Of a stretch of DNA of 64,000 bases, positions 11,138 to 20,752 are shown piece by piece; position 1 is the first letter of the stretch, and every line of letters begins with the position of its first letter. Source of the stretch: Pseudomonadota bacterium (GTDB lineage: Bacteria; Pseudomonadota; Alphaproteobacteria; Rhodobacterales; Rhodobacteraceae); assembly GCA_020161615.1 (NCBI GenBank), contig JAIUPD010000001.1, forward strand, positions 450,875 to 514,874, written 5' to 3'. The translations under genes and the position numbers were made by a program. The notes under the pieces were generated by a model, which was given only the letters and a program-made list of their open reading frames with translations, did no database searches and had not been told where the DNA came from.

Positions 11138-12139
11138 GTGACATCTGTATCATTTACCCGTTTGACGTTGCCGGCCCCGGTTCTGGCCCTGGGTCTGGCC
11201 TTGAGCCTCGTCGCTCCGGCGGCGGCGCAGGACATGGCCGACTACCGGCCCCTGTTCGAGCCCCTGCCGGCTCTGGCGCCGATCCCGGCCGGCCGCGCGA
11301 TGACCGAGGCGCGGATCGCCCTGGGCCAGATGCTGTTCTTCGAGCCGCGCATCTCGGCATCGGGCGTGATCAGCTGCGCCACCTGCCACAACCCGGCGCT
11401 GGGCTGGACCGACCGGATCCCGCGCGCCACCGGCCACGAAGGGCAGGTCGGCAACCGCAACACGCCCACCGTGCTGAACGCGGGTTTCCTGGCGGCGCAG
11501 TTCTGGGACGGGCGCGAGCCCGATCTCGAAGGCCAGGCGCTGGGCCCGATCCAGGCCGGGGTCGAGATGGCGATGACGCTGGACGCGGCCATCGCCCGGC
11601 TGAACGAATTCGCCATCTACCGCGAGATGTTCGCCGCGGCCTTCCCGGATGATGCCGACCCGGTGCATGCCGGCAATGTCGCGCTGGCCATCGCCGCCTT
11701 CGAGCGCACGCTGAACACGCCGAACTCGCCCTTCGACCGCTTCCTGGCGGGCGACGATTCGGCGCTGACCTCGGAACAGCAGCAGGGCATGCGGCTTTTC
11801 GCCGACAGCGGCTGCATCGCCTGCCACAACGGCCCGAATTTCTCGGACAGCCAGTTCCACATGATCCAGGTTCCGGGCTCGACCGACGAGGGGCGCTTCC
11901 TGGTGACCGGCGACGAGGCAGATCGGCACGCCTTCCGCACGCCCACCCTGCGCAATGTGGCGGTGACCTATCCCTATTTCAACAACGGCTCGGTCGAGGC
12001 CCTGCCCGAAGCGGTGGCGATCATGGGCCGCGAGATGCTGGGACAGGAATTCGCGGCCGAAGACGTCTCGGCCATCGTCGCCTTCCTCGAGGCGCTGACC
12101 GGCGAGATGCCGGATGTGACGATCCCGGCGCTGCCGTGA
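11138..12139 (+). CDS. di-haem cytochrome c peroxidase (CCP/MauG family), periplasmic
   Basis: Signal peptide ending AAAQD and two CxxCH haem motifs (CATCH, CIACH). A GGAGG Shine-Dalgarno sequence lies 7 nt before the GTG. Confidence 0.85.
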   Translation: MTSVSFTRLTLPAPVLALGLALSLVAPAAAQDMADYRPLFEPLPALAPIPAGRAMTEARIALGQMLFFEPRISASGVISCATCHNPALGWTDRIPRATGHEGQVGNRNTPTVLNAGFLAAQFWDGREPDLEGQALGPIQAGVEMAMTLDAAIARLNEFAIYREMFAAAFPDDADPVHAGNVALAIAAFERTLNTPNSPFDRFLAGDDSALTSEQQQGMRLFADSGCIACHNGPNFSDSQFHMIQVPGSTDEGRFLVTGDEADRHAFRTPTLRNVAVTYPYFNNGSVEALPEAVAIMGREMLGQEFAAEDVSAIVAFLEALTGEMPDVTIPALP

Positions 12140-12148
12140 TCCCCGGCC

Positions 12149-12172
12149 GGGCCCTTCCCTGCGGGAGGGCCC
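12149..12172 (+). terminator. hairpin after the peroxidase gene
   Basis: GGGCCCTTCCC-TGC-GGGAGGGCCC (one bulge), followed by TTCCGTGT, 10 nt after the stop. Confidence 0.5.
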
Positions 12173-12225
12173 TTCCGTGTCCGGGCGCAACCCGTTAGCC
12201 TGACGCCACCGGAACGGAGGCGCAG

Positions 12226-12786
12226 ATGGCAGGCATCGGACATAACAACGGCCCGACGATGGAAGCCGGCGAAAGCTGGCGGCGGCATGCCTGGGGCAAG
12301 GCGCGGGCGCGGCTCTTGCCAACGTTGCCGATCGAGGTGGTGCGCCTGCGGGTGAAACGCGCGGCCGAGATCGGGCTCGATTACCGTACCTATGCCTCGA
12401 TCCGCGCCGCCTCGGGTCATGACGTGATCGCCTTTCTCTTCTCGACCAACGCGCTGCGGCTGCTCGCGCCGCAACCGGCGCTGCCCGCGGACCGGGCGGC
12501 GAAACTCGCCTGTCTCGCCGCCGGGCGCGCGGCCCTGGCCCGCGCGCCGGTGACGCCCGTGCAGGTGCTCGACCTCGCCCCCGGCCTGATCGACTGCGCC
12601 GCCCCCGCCCCCCGCCCCTTCGCGCCCTGGAGCGAAAGCCGCCGCGCGCTGCTGGCCGCCGTCGCCGAAGGTCGCTGGCCCGCGGACCGGGTGGTGATGG
12701 TGGGCGACACGACCGAGGAGCGCGACTGGTCGCAGGCCGCGCGGTTGGGCTATTACCTCAGCGCCGAGCGGTACTTCGCCGCGTGA
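12226..12786 (+). CDS. hypothetical protein with an N-terminal GIGHNNGP motif
   Basis: High GC3 in this frame and a GGAGG Shine-Dalgarno sequence ahead of the ATG. I recognise no family. The N-terminal GHNxGP motif is common in small alphaproteobacterial proteins of unknown function. Confidence 0.6.
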   Translation: MAGIGHNNGPTMEAGESWRRHAWGKARARLLPTLPIEVVRLRVKRAAEIGLDYRTYASIRAASGHDVIAFLFSTNALRLLAPQPALPADRAAKLACLAAGRAALARAPVTPVQVLDLAPGLIDCAAPAPRPFAPWSESRRALLAAVAEGRWPADRVVMVGDTTEERDWSQAARLGYYLSAERYFAA

Positions 12787-12804
12787 AGCAGGGACTGGAC
12801 GTGG

Positions 12805-12988
12805 CGGGGGGCCAGCCCCCCGCGCCCCCCGCCAAAGGGGGTTTTCCACCCCCTTTGGAAACCCCCGAGGATATTTAAGGCGCAAAGATCCAGGTTAGCG
12901 TCTCGTTGATCCCCATCTTTGCGCTCCAAATATCCTGCGGGAGGGTGCAAAACCCTCCCGGGGCCGCCAGGGGTGCGTGGCTGCGGCT
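12805..12988. repeat. composite palindromic intergenic repeat, copy 1
   Basis: Hairpin CCAAAGGGGG-TTTTCCA-CCCCCTTTGG (12832-12858), arm GAGGATATTTAAGGCGCAAAGAT (12867-12889), a 25-nt core, the inverted arm ATCTTTGCGCTCCAAATATCCTG (12915-12937), and hairpin GGGAGGGT-GCAA-AACCCTCCC. Confidence 0.85.
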
Positions 12989-13045
12989 CCTTGCCCTGCC
13001 GCATTTTCCCTTTTCTTTTCCGAAAGCCCCCGTATAGTCCGGCCC

Positions 13046-13170
13046 ATGAACCGCACGCGCCCCTCTGTTGATATCTGCCTGCCGGCCCCCGTGGCCCGGG
13101 CTGTGCACGCGCGCGGTCTCCTGCTCCTTAGCCTCCTCTGAGCGTGCCCTCGGGCGCGACCGCTCAGAGG
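13046..13170 (+). promoter_or_regulatory. leuA leader peptide ORF (31 codons, Leu-rich end) plus an overlapping hairpin
   Basis: The ATG at 13046 opens MNRTRPSVDICLPAPVARAVHARGLLLLSLL-stop (TGA 13139-13141), with 6 Leu in the last 7 codons. CCTCTGAGCG (13135-13144) pairs with CGCTCAGAGG (13161-13170). Confidence 0.6.
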
Positions 13171-13225
13171 TAGCCAGCGCCCGGATACGACGCTAAAGGA
13201 CACCAAGGACAGGAAAGATTTTCCC

Positions 13226-14794
13226 ATGACGGACGCACCCAAAGCCCAAGACCATGTCTTGATCTTCGACACCACCCTGCGCGATGGCGAGCAATCGCCG
13301 GGCGCCACCATGAGCCATGACGAGAAGCTGGAGATCGCGGGCCTTCTGGACGAGATGGGCGTGGATATCATCGAGGCGGGTTTCCCCATCGCTTCGGAGG
13401 GCGATTTTGCCGCCGTTTCTGACATCGCCAGGAACGCGAAGAATTCGGTCATCTGCGGGCTGGCCCGGGCCAATTTCGCCGATATCGACCGCTGCTGGGA
13501 GGCGGTGAAGCACGCCGGAAAGCCGCGCATCCATACCTTTATCGGTACCTCGCCCCTGCACCGCGACATCACGGCGCTGGATCAGGAAGGGATGATCGAG
13601 AAGATCGCCGCCACCGTCGCCCATGCCCGCAACCTCTGCGACAACGTGCAATGGTCGCCGATGGATGCGACGCGGACCGAGCATGATTACCTCTGCCGCG
13701 TCGTGGAAACCGCAATCAAGGCGGGCGCGACGACGATCAACATCCCCGATACGGTGGGCTACACCGCGCCGCGCGAAAGCGCCGACCTGATCCGCATGCT
13801 GCTGGAGCGGGTGCCGGGCGCCGACCGTATCGTCTTCGCCACGCATTGTCACAACGACCTCGGCATGGCGACGGCGAACTCCCTCGCCGCGGTCGAGGCC
13901 GGCGCGCGCCAGATCGAATGCACGATCAACGGCCTGGGCGAACGCGCCGGGAACACGGCGCTGGAAGAAGTGGTGATGGCGATGCGCGTGCGCAACGACA
14001 TCATGCCCTACCAGACCGGGATCGACACGACGAAGATCATGCATCTGTCGCGCCGGGTGAGCCAGGTCTCGGGCTTTGCCGTCCAGTACAACAAGGCGGT
14101 GGTCGGCAAGAACGCCTTCCTCCACGAATCGGGCATCCACCAGGACGGCGTGCTGAAGAACGTCCAGACCTTCGAGATCATGCGGCCCGAGGATATCGGC
14201 CTCACCTCGAAGAACATCGCCATGGGCAAGCATTCGGGCCGCGCGGCTTTGCGCGCCAAGATGGCGGAGTTGGGCTATGATCTGGGCGACAACCAGTTGA
14301 AAGACGTCTTCGTGCGGTTCAAGGCCCTGGCCGACCGCAAGAAAGAGGTCTATGACGACGACCTGATCGCGCTGGTCGCCGACACCTCGGCTTCGGGCGG
14401 GGACGATCATCTGCAGGTCCGCAAGTTGCGCGTGGTCTGCGGGACGGAGGGCCCGCAAGAGGCCGAGCTGACGTTGGCGGTGGGCGGCGAGGAGAAATTC
14501 GTCGATGCCACGGGCGACGGGCCGGTCGATGCCTGTTTCAACGCGGTGAAAATGCTCTATCCGCATGGCGCCAAGCTCGACCTCTACCAGGTCTCGGCCG
14601 TGACCGAGGGCACCGATGCCCAGGCGACGGTCAGCGTGCGCCTCAGCCGCGACGGGCGGGTCTATACCGGGCAATCGGCGGATACGGATACCGTCGTCGC
14701 CTCGGTCAAGGCCTATGTCAACGCGCTGAACCGGATGCATGCGGGGCAGGGCCGGGCCAACAATTCGGCGCTGCAGACCTCGGCTGCCGGGTAA
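13226..14794 (+). CDS. leuA: 2-isopropylmalate synthase
   Basis: IFDTTLRDGEQSPG, HCHNDLGMATAN and GERAGN motifs, plus the C-terminal LeuA regulatory domain. Confidence 0.95.
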   Translation: MTDAPKAQDHVLIFDTTLRDGEQSPGATMSHDEKLEIAGLLDEMGVDIIEAGFPIASEGDFAAVSDIARNAKNSVICGLARANFADIDRCWEAVKHAGKPRIHTFIGTSPLHRDITALDQEGMIEKIAATVAHARNLCDNVQWSPMDATRTEHDYLCRVVETAIKAGATTINIPDTVGYTAPRESADLIRMLLERVPGADRIVFATHCHNDLGMATANSLAAVEAGARQIECTINGLGERAGNTALEEVVMAMRVRNDIMPYQTGIDTTKIMHLSRRVSQVSGFAVQYNKAVVGKNAFLHESGIHQDGVLKNVQTFEIMRPEDIGLTSKNIAMGKHSGRAALRAKMAELGYDLGDNQLKDVFVRFKALADRKKEVYDDDLIALVADTSASGGDDHLQVRKLRVVCGTEGPQEAELTLAVGGEEKFVDATGDGPVDACFNAVKMLYPHGAKLDLYQVSAVTEGTDAQATVSVRLSRDGRVYTGQSADTDTVVASVKAYVNALNRMHAGQGRANNSALQTSAAG

Positions 14795-14986
14795 GCGGCG
14801 CGGCCGGCCGCGTAGGATGGGCAAAGTTGGCCCTTCTGCCGGCACCGGCGCGGCGTATTTCCGGCAGAATGAAGGGCGGGGGGCGTCAATCCACCGCCCT
14901 ATCCCTTTCGTGAGCGGATATGCGCCGTGCAAACGCGGTCGCGGCGGGGCGGGGGCCTTTACGCCGCTGCCATAGGGGGCCTATAA

Positions 14987-16087
<1,101 letters not shown>

Positions 16088-16115
16088 CCCTTTGGGTCCC
16101 GCGTAGGGGATCGCC

Positions 16116-17129
16116 GTGCCCAGCGACCGCAGCAACGAGGCCGATTACGTCCGCCCCGTGCGCCGACTCGTCATCGGCGTGCTGGTGCTGGTGCTGTTCG
16201 GCCTTTTCCTGCTCTGGCGGATCGACTCGCCCCGCGTCGAACGCTTCCGCACGGCCGTCGTCGATGCCGTGGTGCCGAACATGGACTGGGCCATGGCGCC
16301 GATCACCGGCGTCGCCCGGATGATCGAGGATTTCCGCAGCTATACGCGGATCTACGAGCAGAATCAGGAATTGCGCCGCGAGTTGCAGCAGATGCGCGCC
16401 TGGCGCGAGGCGGCGCTGCAGTTGGAACAGCGCAACGCGCAGCTTCTGGACATGGCCCGGGTGCGGCTCGACCCGCAGCTGACCCATGTGACCGGCGTGG
16501 TGATGGCCGATGCGGGCAGCCCCTACCGGCAATCGGTGCTGCTGAATGTGGGCGCGCGGGACGGGATCGTGGACGGCTGGGCTGTGATGGACGGGCTCGG
16601 CCTGGCCGGGCGCATCGCCGGGGTGGGCGACCGCTCGTCGCGCGTGATCCTGCTGACCGATTCCAACAGCCGGGTGCCGGTGATGGTGCAGCCCACCGGG
16701 CAGCGGGCGCTGCTGTCGGGGGACAACACGCCGCTACCGGTGCTCGATTTCGTGGAATCACCCGATGCGCTGAGGCCCGGCGACCGGGTGATCAGCGCCT
16801 CGGACGGGGGGGTCTTTCCGCCCGGCCTTCTGGTCGGCGAGGTGGTGATGGCCACCGACGGGCGGCTTAGGGTGCAACTGGCCGCGGATTACGGGCGGCT
16901 CGACTTCCTGCGCGTCCTGCGCTCGCGTCCGGCCGAGCGGATCGAGCAATCGGGCACCCTTCTGCGCCCCGTGGCGGGCGACGGCACGCTTCTGGATCCC
17001 GCGACCGGCGCCCCCGCCCAGCCGCCGCAGCCCGAGACGGTGCCCGACCCCGCCGCGGGCAATGTCGAGGCCGTGCCCGCGGTGCCCTTGCCCGGCGCCG
17101 AAGCCACCGACGGGCCGCCCGATGAATGA
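16116..17129 (+). CDS. mreC: rod shape-determining protein MreC
   Basis: Position after mreB; N-terminal TM segment; coiled-coil ELRRELQQMRAWRE; beta-rich core with GDRVISASDGGVFPPGLLVGEV; Pro-rich tail. Confidence 0.85.
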   Translation: MPSDRSNEADYVRPVRRLVIGVLVLVLFGLFLLWRIDSPRVERFRTAVVDAVVPNMDWAMAPITGVARMIEDFRSYTRIYEQNQELRRELQQMRAWREAALQLEQRNAQLLDMARVRLDPQLTHVTGVVMADAGSPYRQSVLLNVGARDGIVDGWAVMDGLGLAGRIAGVGDRSSRVILLTDSNSRVPVMVQPTGQRALLSGDNTPLPVLDFVESPDALRPGDRVISASDGGVFPPGLLVGEVVMATDGRLRVQLAADYGRLDFLRVLRSRPAERIEQSGTLLRPVAGDGTLLDPATGAPAQPPQPETVPDPAAGNVEAVPAVPLPGAEATDGPPDE

Positions 17130-17661
17130 GGCGCTGCGCTTCGATACGCTGGCGTACCTGGGTCTCTATCTGGTAATCGCCAGCGCCTCGATCCTGAGCC
17201 GCATCCTGCCGCTCGGCGTGCTGGAGGGCGGCTGGCCGCTGCCGAACCTGCTGCTTCTACTGACGATGGCGTGGGTGCTCAGGCGCCCCGCGCATCTGCC
17301 GGCGCTCGCCATCGTGCTGGTCTTTCTGGCCGAGGATCTGTTCCTCATGCGGCCACCCGGCCTCTGGGCGCTGGCGGTGCTGGTCGGAACCGAATTCCTG
17401 CGCCGCCGCAACCAGGTGGTGCGCGAGATGAACCTGCTGCTGGAATGGGCCATGGTGGCGGCGGTTCTGGGGGCGATGACCCTGGCGTATCGGCTTGTGC
17501 TCATGATCGTGATGTCCCCGCGCGAGCCGCTCGACTTGAGCCTGAAGTCACTTGTCGTCACAATCCTGGTCTATCCGCTGGTGGTCTGGGTCTTGCAGGT
17601 CGTGCTGCGCGTGAAGAAACCCGCCACCGGCGAAGTGGACGAACTGGGCCGCAGGCTATGA
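17122..17661 (+). CDS. mreD: rod shape-determining protein MreD
   Basis: A small polytopic membrane protein between mreC and mrdA. Its start overlaps the mreC end by 8 nt. Confidence 0.75.
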   Translation: MNEALRFDTLAYLGLYLVIASASILSRILPLGVLEGGWPLPNLLLLLTMAWVLRRPAHLPALAIVLVFLAEDLFLMRPPGLWALAVLVGTEFLRRRNQVVREMNLLLEWAMVAAVLGAMTLAYRLVLMIVMSPREPLDLSLKSLVVTILVYPLVVWVLQVVLRVKKPATGEVDELGRRL

Positions 17662-19607
17662 AACGACCGCCCAAGGACAACGAGGACAGCGCGCGTCTGA
17701 TTTCGCGCCGGGCGATGCTCATGGGCGGCGCGCAGATGGTCTTTGCCGGGGTGCTGGTGCTGCGCATGCGCAATCTCCAGCTGGGCCAGTCCGAGGAATT
17801 TCGCCTGCTGGCCGACGAGAACCGGATCAACATCCGGCTTCTGCCGCCCTCGCGCGGGCTGATCGTCGACCGCAACGGCACGCTTCTGGCCGGCAATGTG
17901 CAGAATTACCGCATTGTCCTGGTGCGCGAGGATGCGGGCGAGCCGCGGGCGGCGTTGGAGCGGCTGGCGCAGCTGATCCCGCTGACCCCGGACGAGATCG
18001 ACCGGGCCGAGCGCGAGATCATGCGCCACCGGCCCTTTGTGCCCGTGACCATCGTCGACCAGCTGAACTGGGAGGAGGTGGCGCGTGTCGCGGCCAATGC
18101 CCCGGCGATGCCCGGCATCACGCCCGAGGTCGGCTTCAACCGCCATTATCCCTTCGGCGCCGAATTTGCGCATTCGGTGGGCTATGTGGGCCCGGTGTCC
18201 GAGGCCGACCTGGCCGCGCGCGAGACGCCCGAGCCCCTGCTGATGATCCCGCGCTTCCAGATCGGCAAGATCGGTGTCGAGCGGGAATACGAGGAGATGC
18301 TGCGCGGCACCGCCGGCCACCGCCGGGTCGAGGTCAACGCCGTCGGCCGCGAAATGCGCGAGCTTGACCGGCAAGAGGGCGACCCCGGCTCGACCCTGCA
18401 ACTGACGCTGGACCGCCAGCTTCAGGCCTTTGCCCTGGCCCGGCTGGGCGAGGAAAGCGCGGCGGCCGTGGTGCTGGAGGTGCAGACCGGCAACGTGCTA
18501 GCGCTGGCCTCGGCGCCGTCCTTCGATCCGAACCTCTTCGTGCGCGGGATTTCCGTGGCCGATTACGGCGCGCTTCGCGACAACGACCACCGGCCGATGT
18601 CCAACAAGACCGTGCAGGGCGCCTATCCGCCAGGCTCGACCTTCAAGATGGTCACGGCGCTCGCCGCCTTCGAGGCGGGGCTCGCCACGCCCGACGAGCG
18701 GGTCTATTGCCCGGGCTATATCGAGGCCGCGGGCCGGCGGTTCCATTGCTGGAACCGCGGCGGGCACGGGCGGGTCAACCTGACCTCGGCGCTGTCGGAA
18801 AGCTGCGACGTCTTCTTCTACGACATGGCGCAAAGGGTCGGCATCGACCGGATCAACGCCATGGCCGAGCGGCTGGGCCTAGGCATTCGCTACGATTTGC
18901 CGCTCTCGGGAATTTCCTCGGGCCTCAACCCCTCGCGGGAGTGGAAGAGGGACCGGCGCGGCGCGGAATGGGTGGTGGGCGACACGATCAACGCCTCGAT
19001 CGGGCAAGGCTATGTGCTGGCCACGCCGCTGCAACTGGCGGTGATGACGGCGCGGCTGGCCACCAACCGGGCGATCCTGCCGCGGCTCATCCATGCCATC
19101 GACGATATCGAGCAGCCGATCCCCGACCAGCCGCCCCTGGGGTTGAGTGCCGCCGCCCTGGCACAGGTGCAGCGCGGCATGTGGGAAGTCTCGAACGCGC
19201 AGCGCGGCACGGCCTATGGGTCGCGCATCGTCGATGCCAATCTGCGGATGGCGGGCAAGACGGGCAGCAGCCAGGTTTTCTCGATCACCGCGGCCGAGCG
19301 GGCGGCGGGCGTCCGGCGCCAGGACCAGCTGCCCTGGAACCGCCGGGACCACGCGCTCTTCGTCTGCTACGCCCCCGATACCGACCCGCGCTATGCCGTC
19401 TCGGTGGTGGTGGAGCACGGCGGCGGCGGCTCCTCGGTCGCAGCGCCCATCGCCCGCGACATCATTCTTGCCGCGCAATCGGGCGGGCTGCCGCCCATCG
19501 AGGCCTATCCCGCCCCGCAGCGTAACCGGATCGAAACCATGATCCGCACCATCAGCGAGCAGATCGGCCCGGCCGTGGCCCCGCCAACCGGGCGGAGCCG
19601 CGCATGA
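17658..19607 (+). CDS. mrdA: penicillin-binding protein 2 (elongasome transpeptidase)
   Basis: STFK (SxxK), SxD-like SESCD and KTGSS (KTG) motifs. ATGA overlap with the mreD stop. Confidence 0.9.
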   Translation: MKRPPKDNEDSARLISRRAMLMGGAQMVFAGVLVLRMRNLQLGQSEEFRLLADENRINIRLLPPSRGLIVDRNGTLLAGNVQNYRIVLVREDAGEPRAALERLAQLIPLTPDEIDRAEREIMRHRPFVPVTIVDQLNWEEVARVAANAPAMPGITPEVGFNRHYPFGAEFAHSVGYVGPVSEADLAARETPEPLLMIPRFQIGKIGVEREYEEMLRGTAGHRRVEVNAVGREMRELDRQEGDPGSTLQLTLDRQLQAFALARLGEESAAAVVLEVQTGNVLALASAPSFDPNLFVRGISVADYGALRDNDHRPMSNKTVQGAYPPGSTFKMVTALAAFEAGLATPDERVYCPGYIEAAGRRFHCWNRGGHGRVNLTSALSESCDVFFYDMAQRVGIDRINAMAERLGLGIRYDLPLSGISSGLNPSREWKRDRRGAEWVVGDTINASIGQGYVLATPLQLAVMTARLATNRAILPRLIHAIDDIEQPIPDQPPLGLSAAALAQVQRGMWEVSNAQRGTAYGSRIVDANLRMAGKTGSSQVFSITAAERAAGVRRQDQLPWNRRDHALFVCYAPDTDPRYAVSVVVEHGGGGSSVAAPIARDIILAAQSGGLPPIEAYPAPQRNRIETMIRTISEQIGPAVAPPTGRSRA

Positions 19608-20752
19608 GTTACCTCGAATACAACGTCAAGCGCTCGCCCTCGGGCTTTCGCAAGGTGCTGCACGTCAACTGGGCGCTGGTCCTGTTGCTGACCGCCGTCG
19701 CCTCCATCGGCTTTCTGCAGCTCTATTCCGTGTCAGGCGGGAATTTCGAGCGCTGGACCGAACCGCAGATGCAGCGTTTCGCCCTGGCGCTGGCGGTGAT
19801 GTTTGCGGTCGGCTTCGTGCCGCTGTGGTTCTGGCGCTCGTTGTCGGTCCTGGCCTATGGCGTGTCCTTCGTTCTGCTGCTGGGGGTCGAGTTCTTCGGC
19901 TCGGTCGGCATGGGCGCGCAGCGCTGGCTGGAACTGGGGCCGATCCGCCTGCAACCCTCGGAAATGATGAAGATCGCCATCGTCATGATGATGGCGGCCT
20001 ATTACGACTGGCTGGACATCAAGCGCGTTTCGCATCCTTTCTGGGTGCTGGTGGCGGTGGCGTTGATCCTGGTGCCGTCCTTCCTGGTGCTGATCCAGCC
20101 GGACCTCGGCACCGCCCTGATGATCATCGGCGCGGGCGGGATGGTGATGTTCTTCGCCGGTGTCAGTCTTTGGTACTTTGGCGGGGTGATCGGTGCCGGG
20201 GTCGGGCTGGTGTCGCTGGTCTTCGCCTCACGCGGGACCTCGTGGCAATTGCTGCGCGACTACCAGTTCCGCCGCATCGACGCCTTCCTCGACCCCTCGC
20301 TGGACCCGCTGGGCAGTTCCTACCACATCAACCAGGCGATGATCGCACTGGGCTCGGGTGGCTGGTCGGGGCGCGGCTTCATGCAGGGCACCCAGTCGCG
20401 GCTGAACTTCCTGCCGGAAAAACACACCGACTTCATCTTCAACACGCTGGCCGAGGAATTCGGCTTCATCGGCGGGGTCTTTCTGCTGGCGCTCTATGTC
20501 GGCATCATCGTCACCTGCGTGATCGCCGCGATGCAGTCGAAGAACCGCTATGCCTCGCTTCTGATCCTTGGCATCGCCGGGAACTTCTTCCTCTATTTCG
20601 CGATCAACATGGCCATGGTCATGGGGCTGGCGCCGGTGGTCGGCGTGCCGCTGCCGCTGGTCAGCTATGGCGGATCGGCGATGCTGATGATCCTCATCGG
20701 CTTCGGCCTCGTGCAATCCGCCTGCATCCACCGCCCGAGGGAGAAGGCATGA
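19604..20752 (+). CDS. rodA: peptidoglycan glycosyltransferase RodA (SEDS family)
   Basis: A polytopic FtsW/RodA/SpoVE pattern (QPSEMMKI, PDLGTALM, LPEKHTDFIF, PLPLVSYGGS). ATGA overlap with mrdA. Confidence 0.9.
   Translation: MSYLEYNVKRSPSGFRKVLHVNWALVLLLTAVASIGFLQLYSVSGGNFERWTEPQMQRFALALAVMFAVGFVPLWFWRSLSVLAYGVSFVLLLGVEFFGSVGMGAQRWLELGPIRLQPSEMMKIAIVMMMAAYYDWLDIKRVSHPFWVLVAVALILVPSFLVLIQPDLGTALMIIGAGGMVMFFAGVSLWYFGGVIGAGVGLVSLVFASRGTSWQLLRDYQFRRIDAFLDPSLDPLGSSYHINQAMIALGSGGWSGRGFMQGTQSRLNFLPEKHTDFIFNTLAEEFGFIGGVFLLALYVGIIVTCVIAAMQSKNRYASLLILGIAGNFFLYFAINMAMVMGLAPVVGVPLPLVSYGGSAMLMILIGFGLVQSACIHRPREKA

Noticed and set aside
12753-13004. Short ORFs running through the repeat arms, with recurring peptides such as (R/L)(L/F)KYPRGFPKG. 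Examples are the starts of 11974-12885 and 39041-42010, the start of 34357-37599, and 37362-37847 and 37793-38605.
   Set aside because: The similarity is at the nucleotide level. It appears in both orientations and in different frames, and it is confined to the palindromic arms. It is better explained as a non-coding repeat than as a small-protein family.
13133-13225. A classical intrinsic terminator (stem plus U-tract) completing the leuA attenuator.
   Set aside because: The stem at 13135-13170 is followed by TAGCCAGCGCCC rather than a U-run. The only T-run (GATTTTCCC, 13217-13225) abuts the leuA ATG. I therefore report the leader peptide and hairpin but do not claim the termination mechanism.
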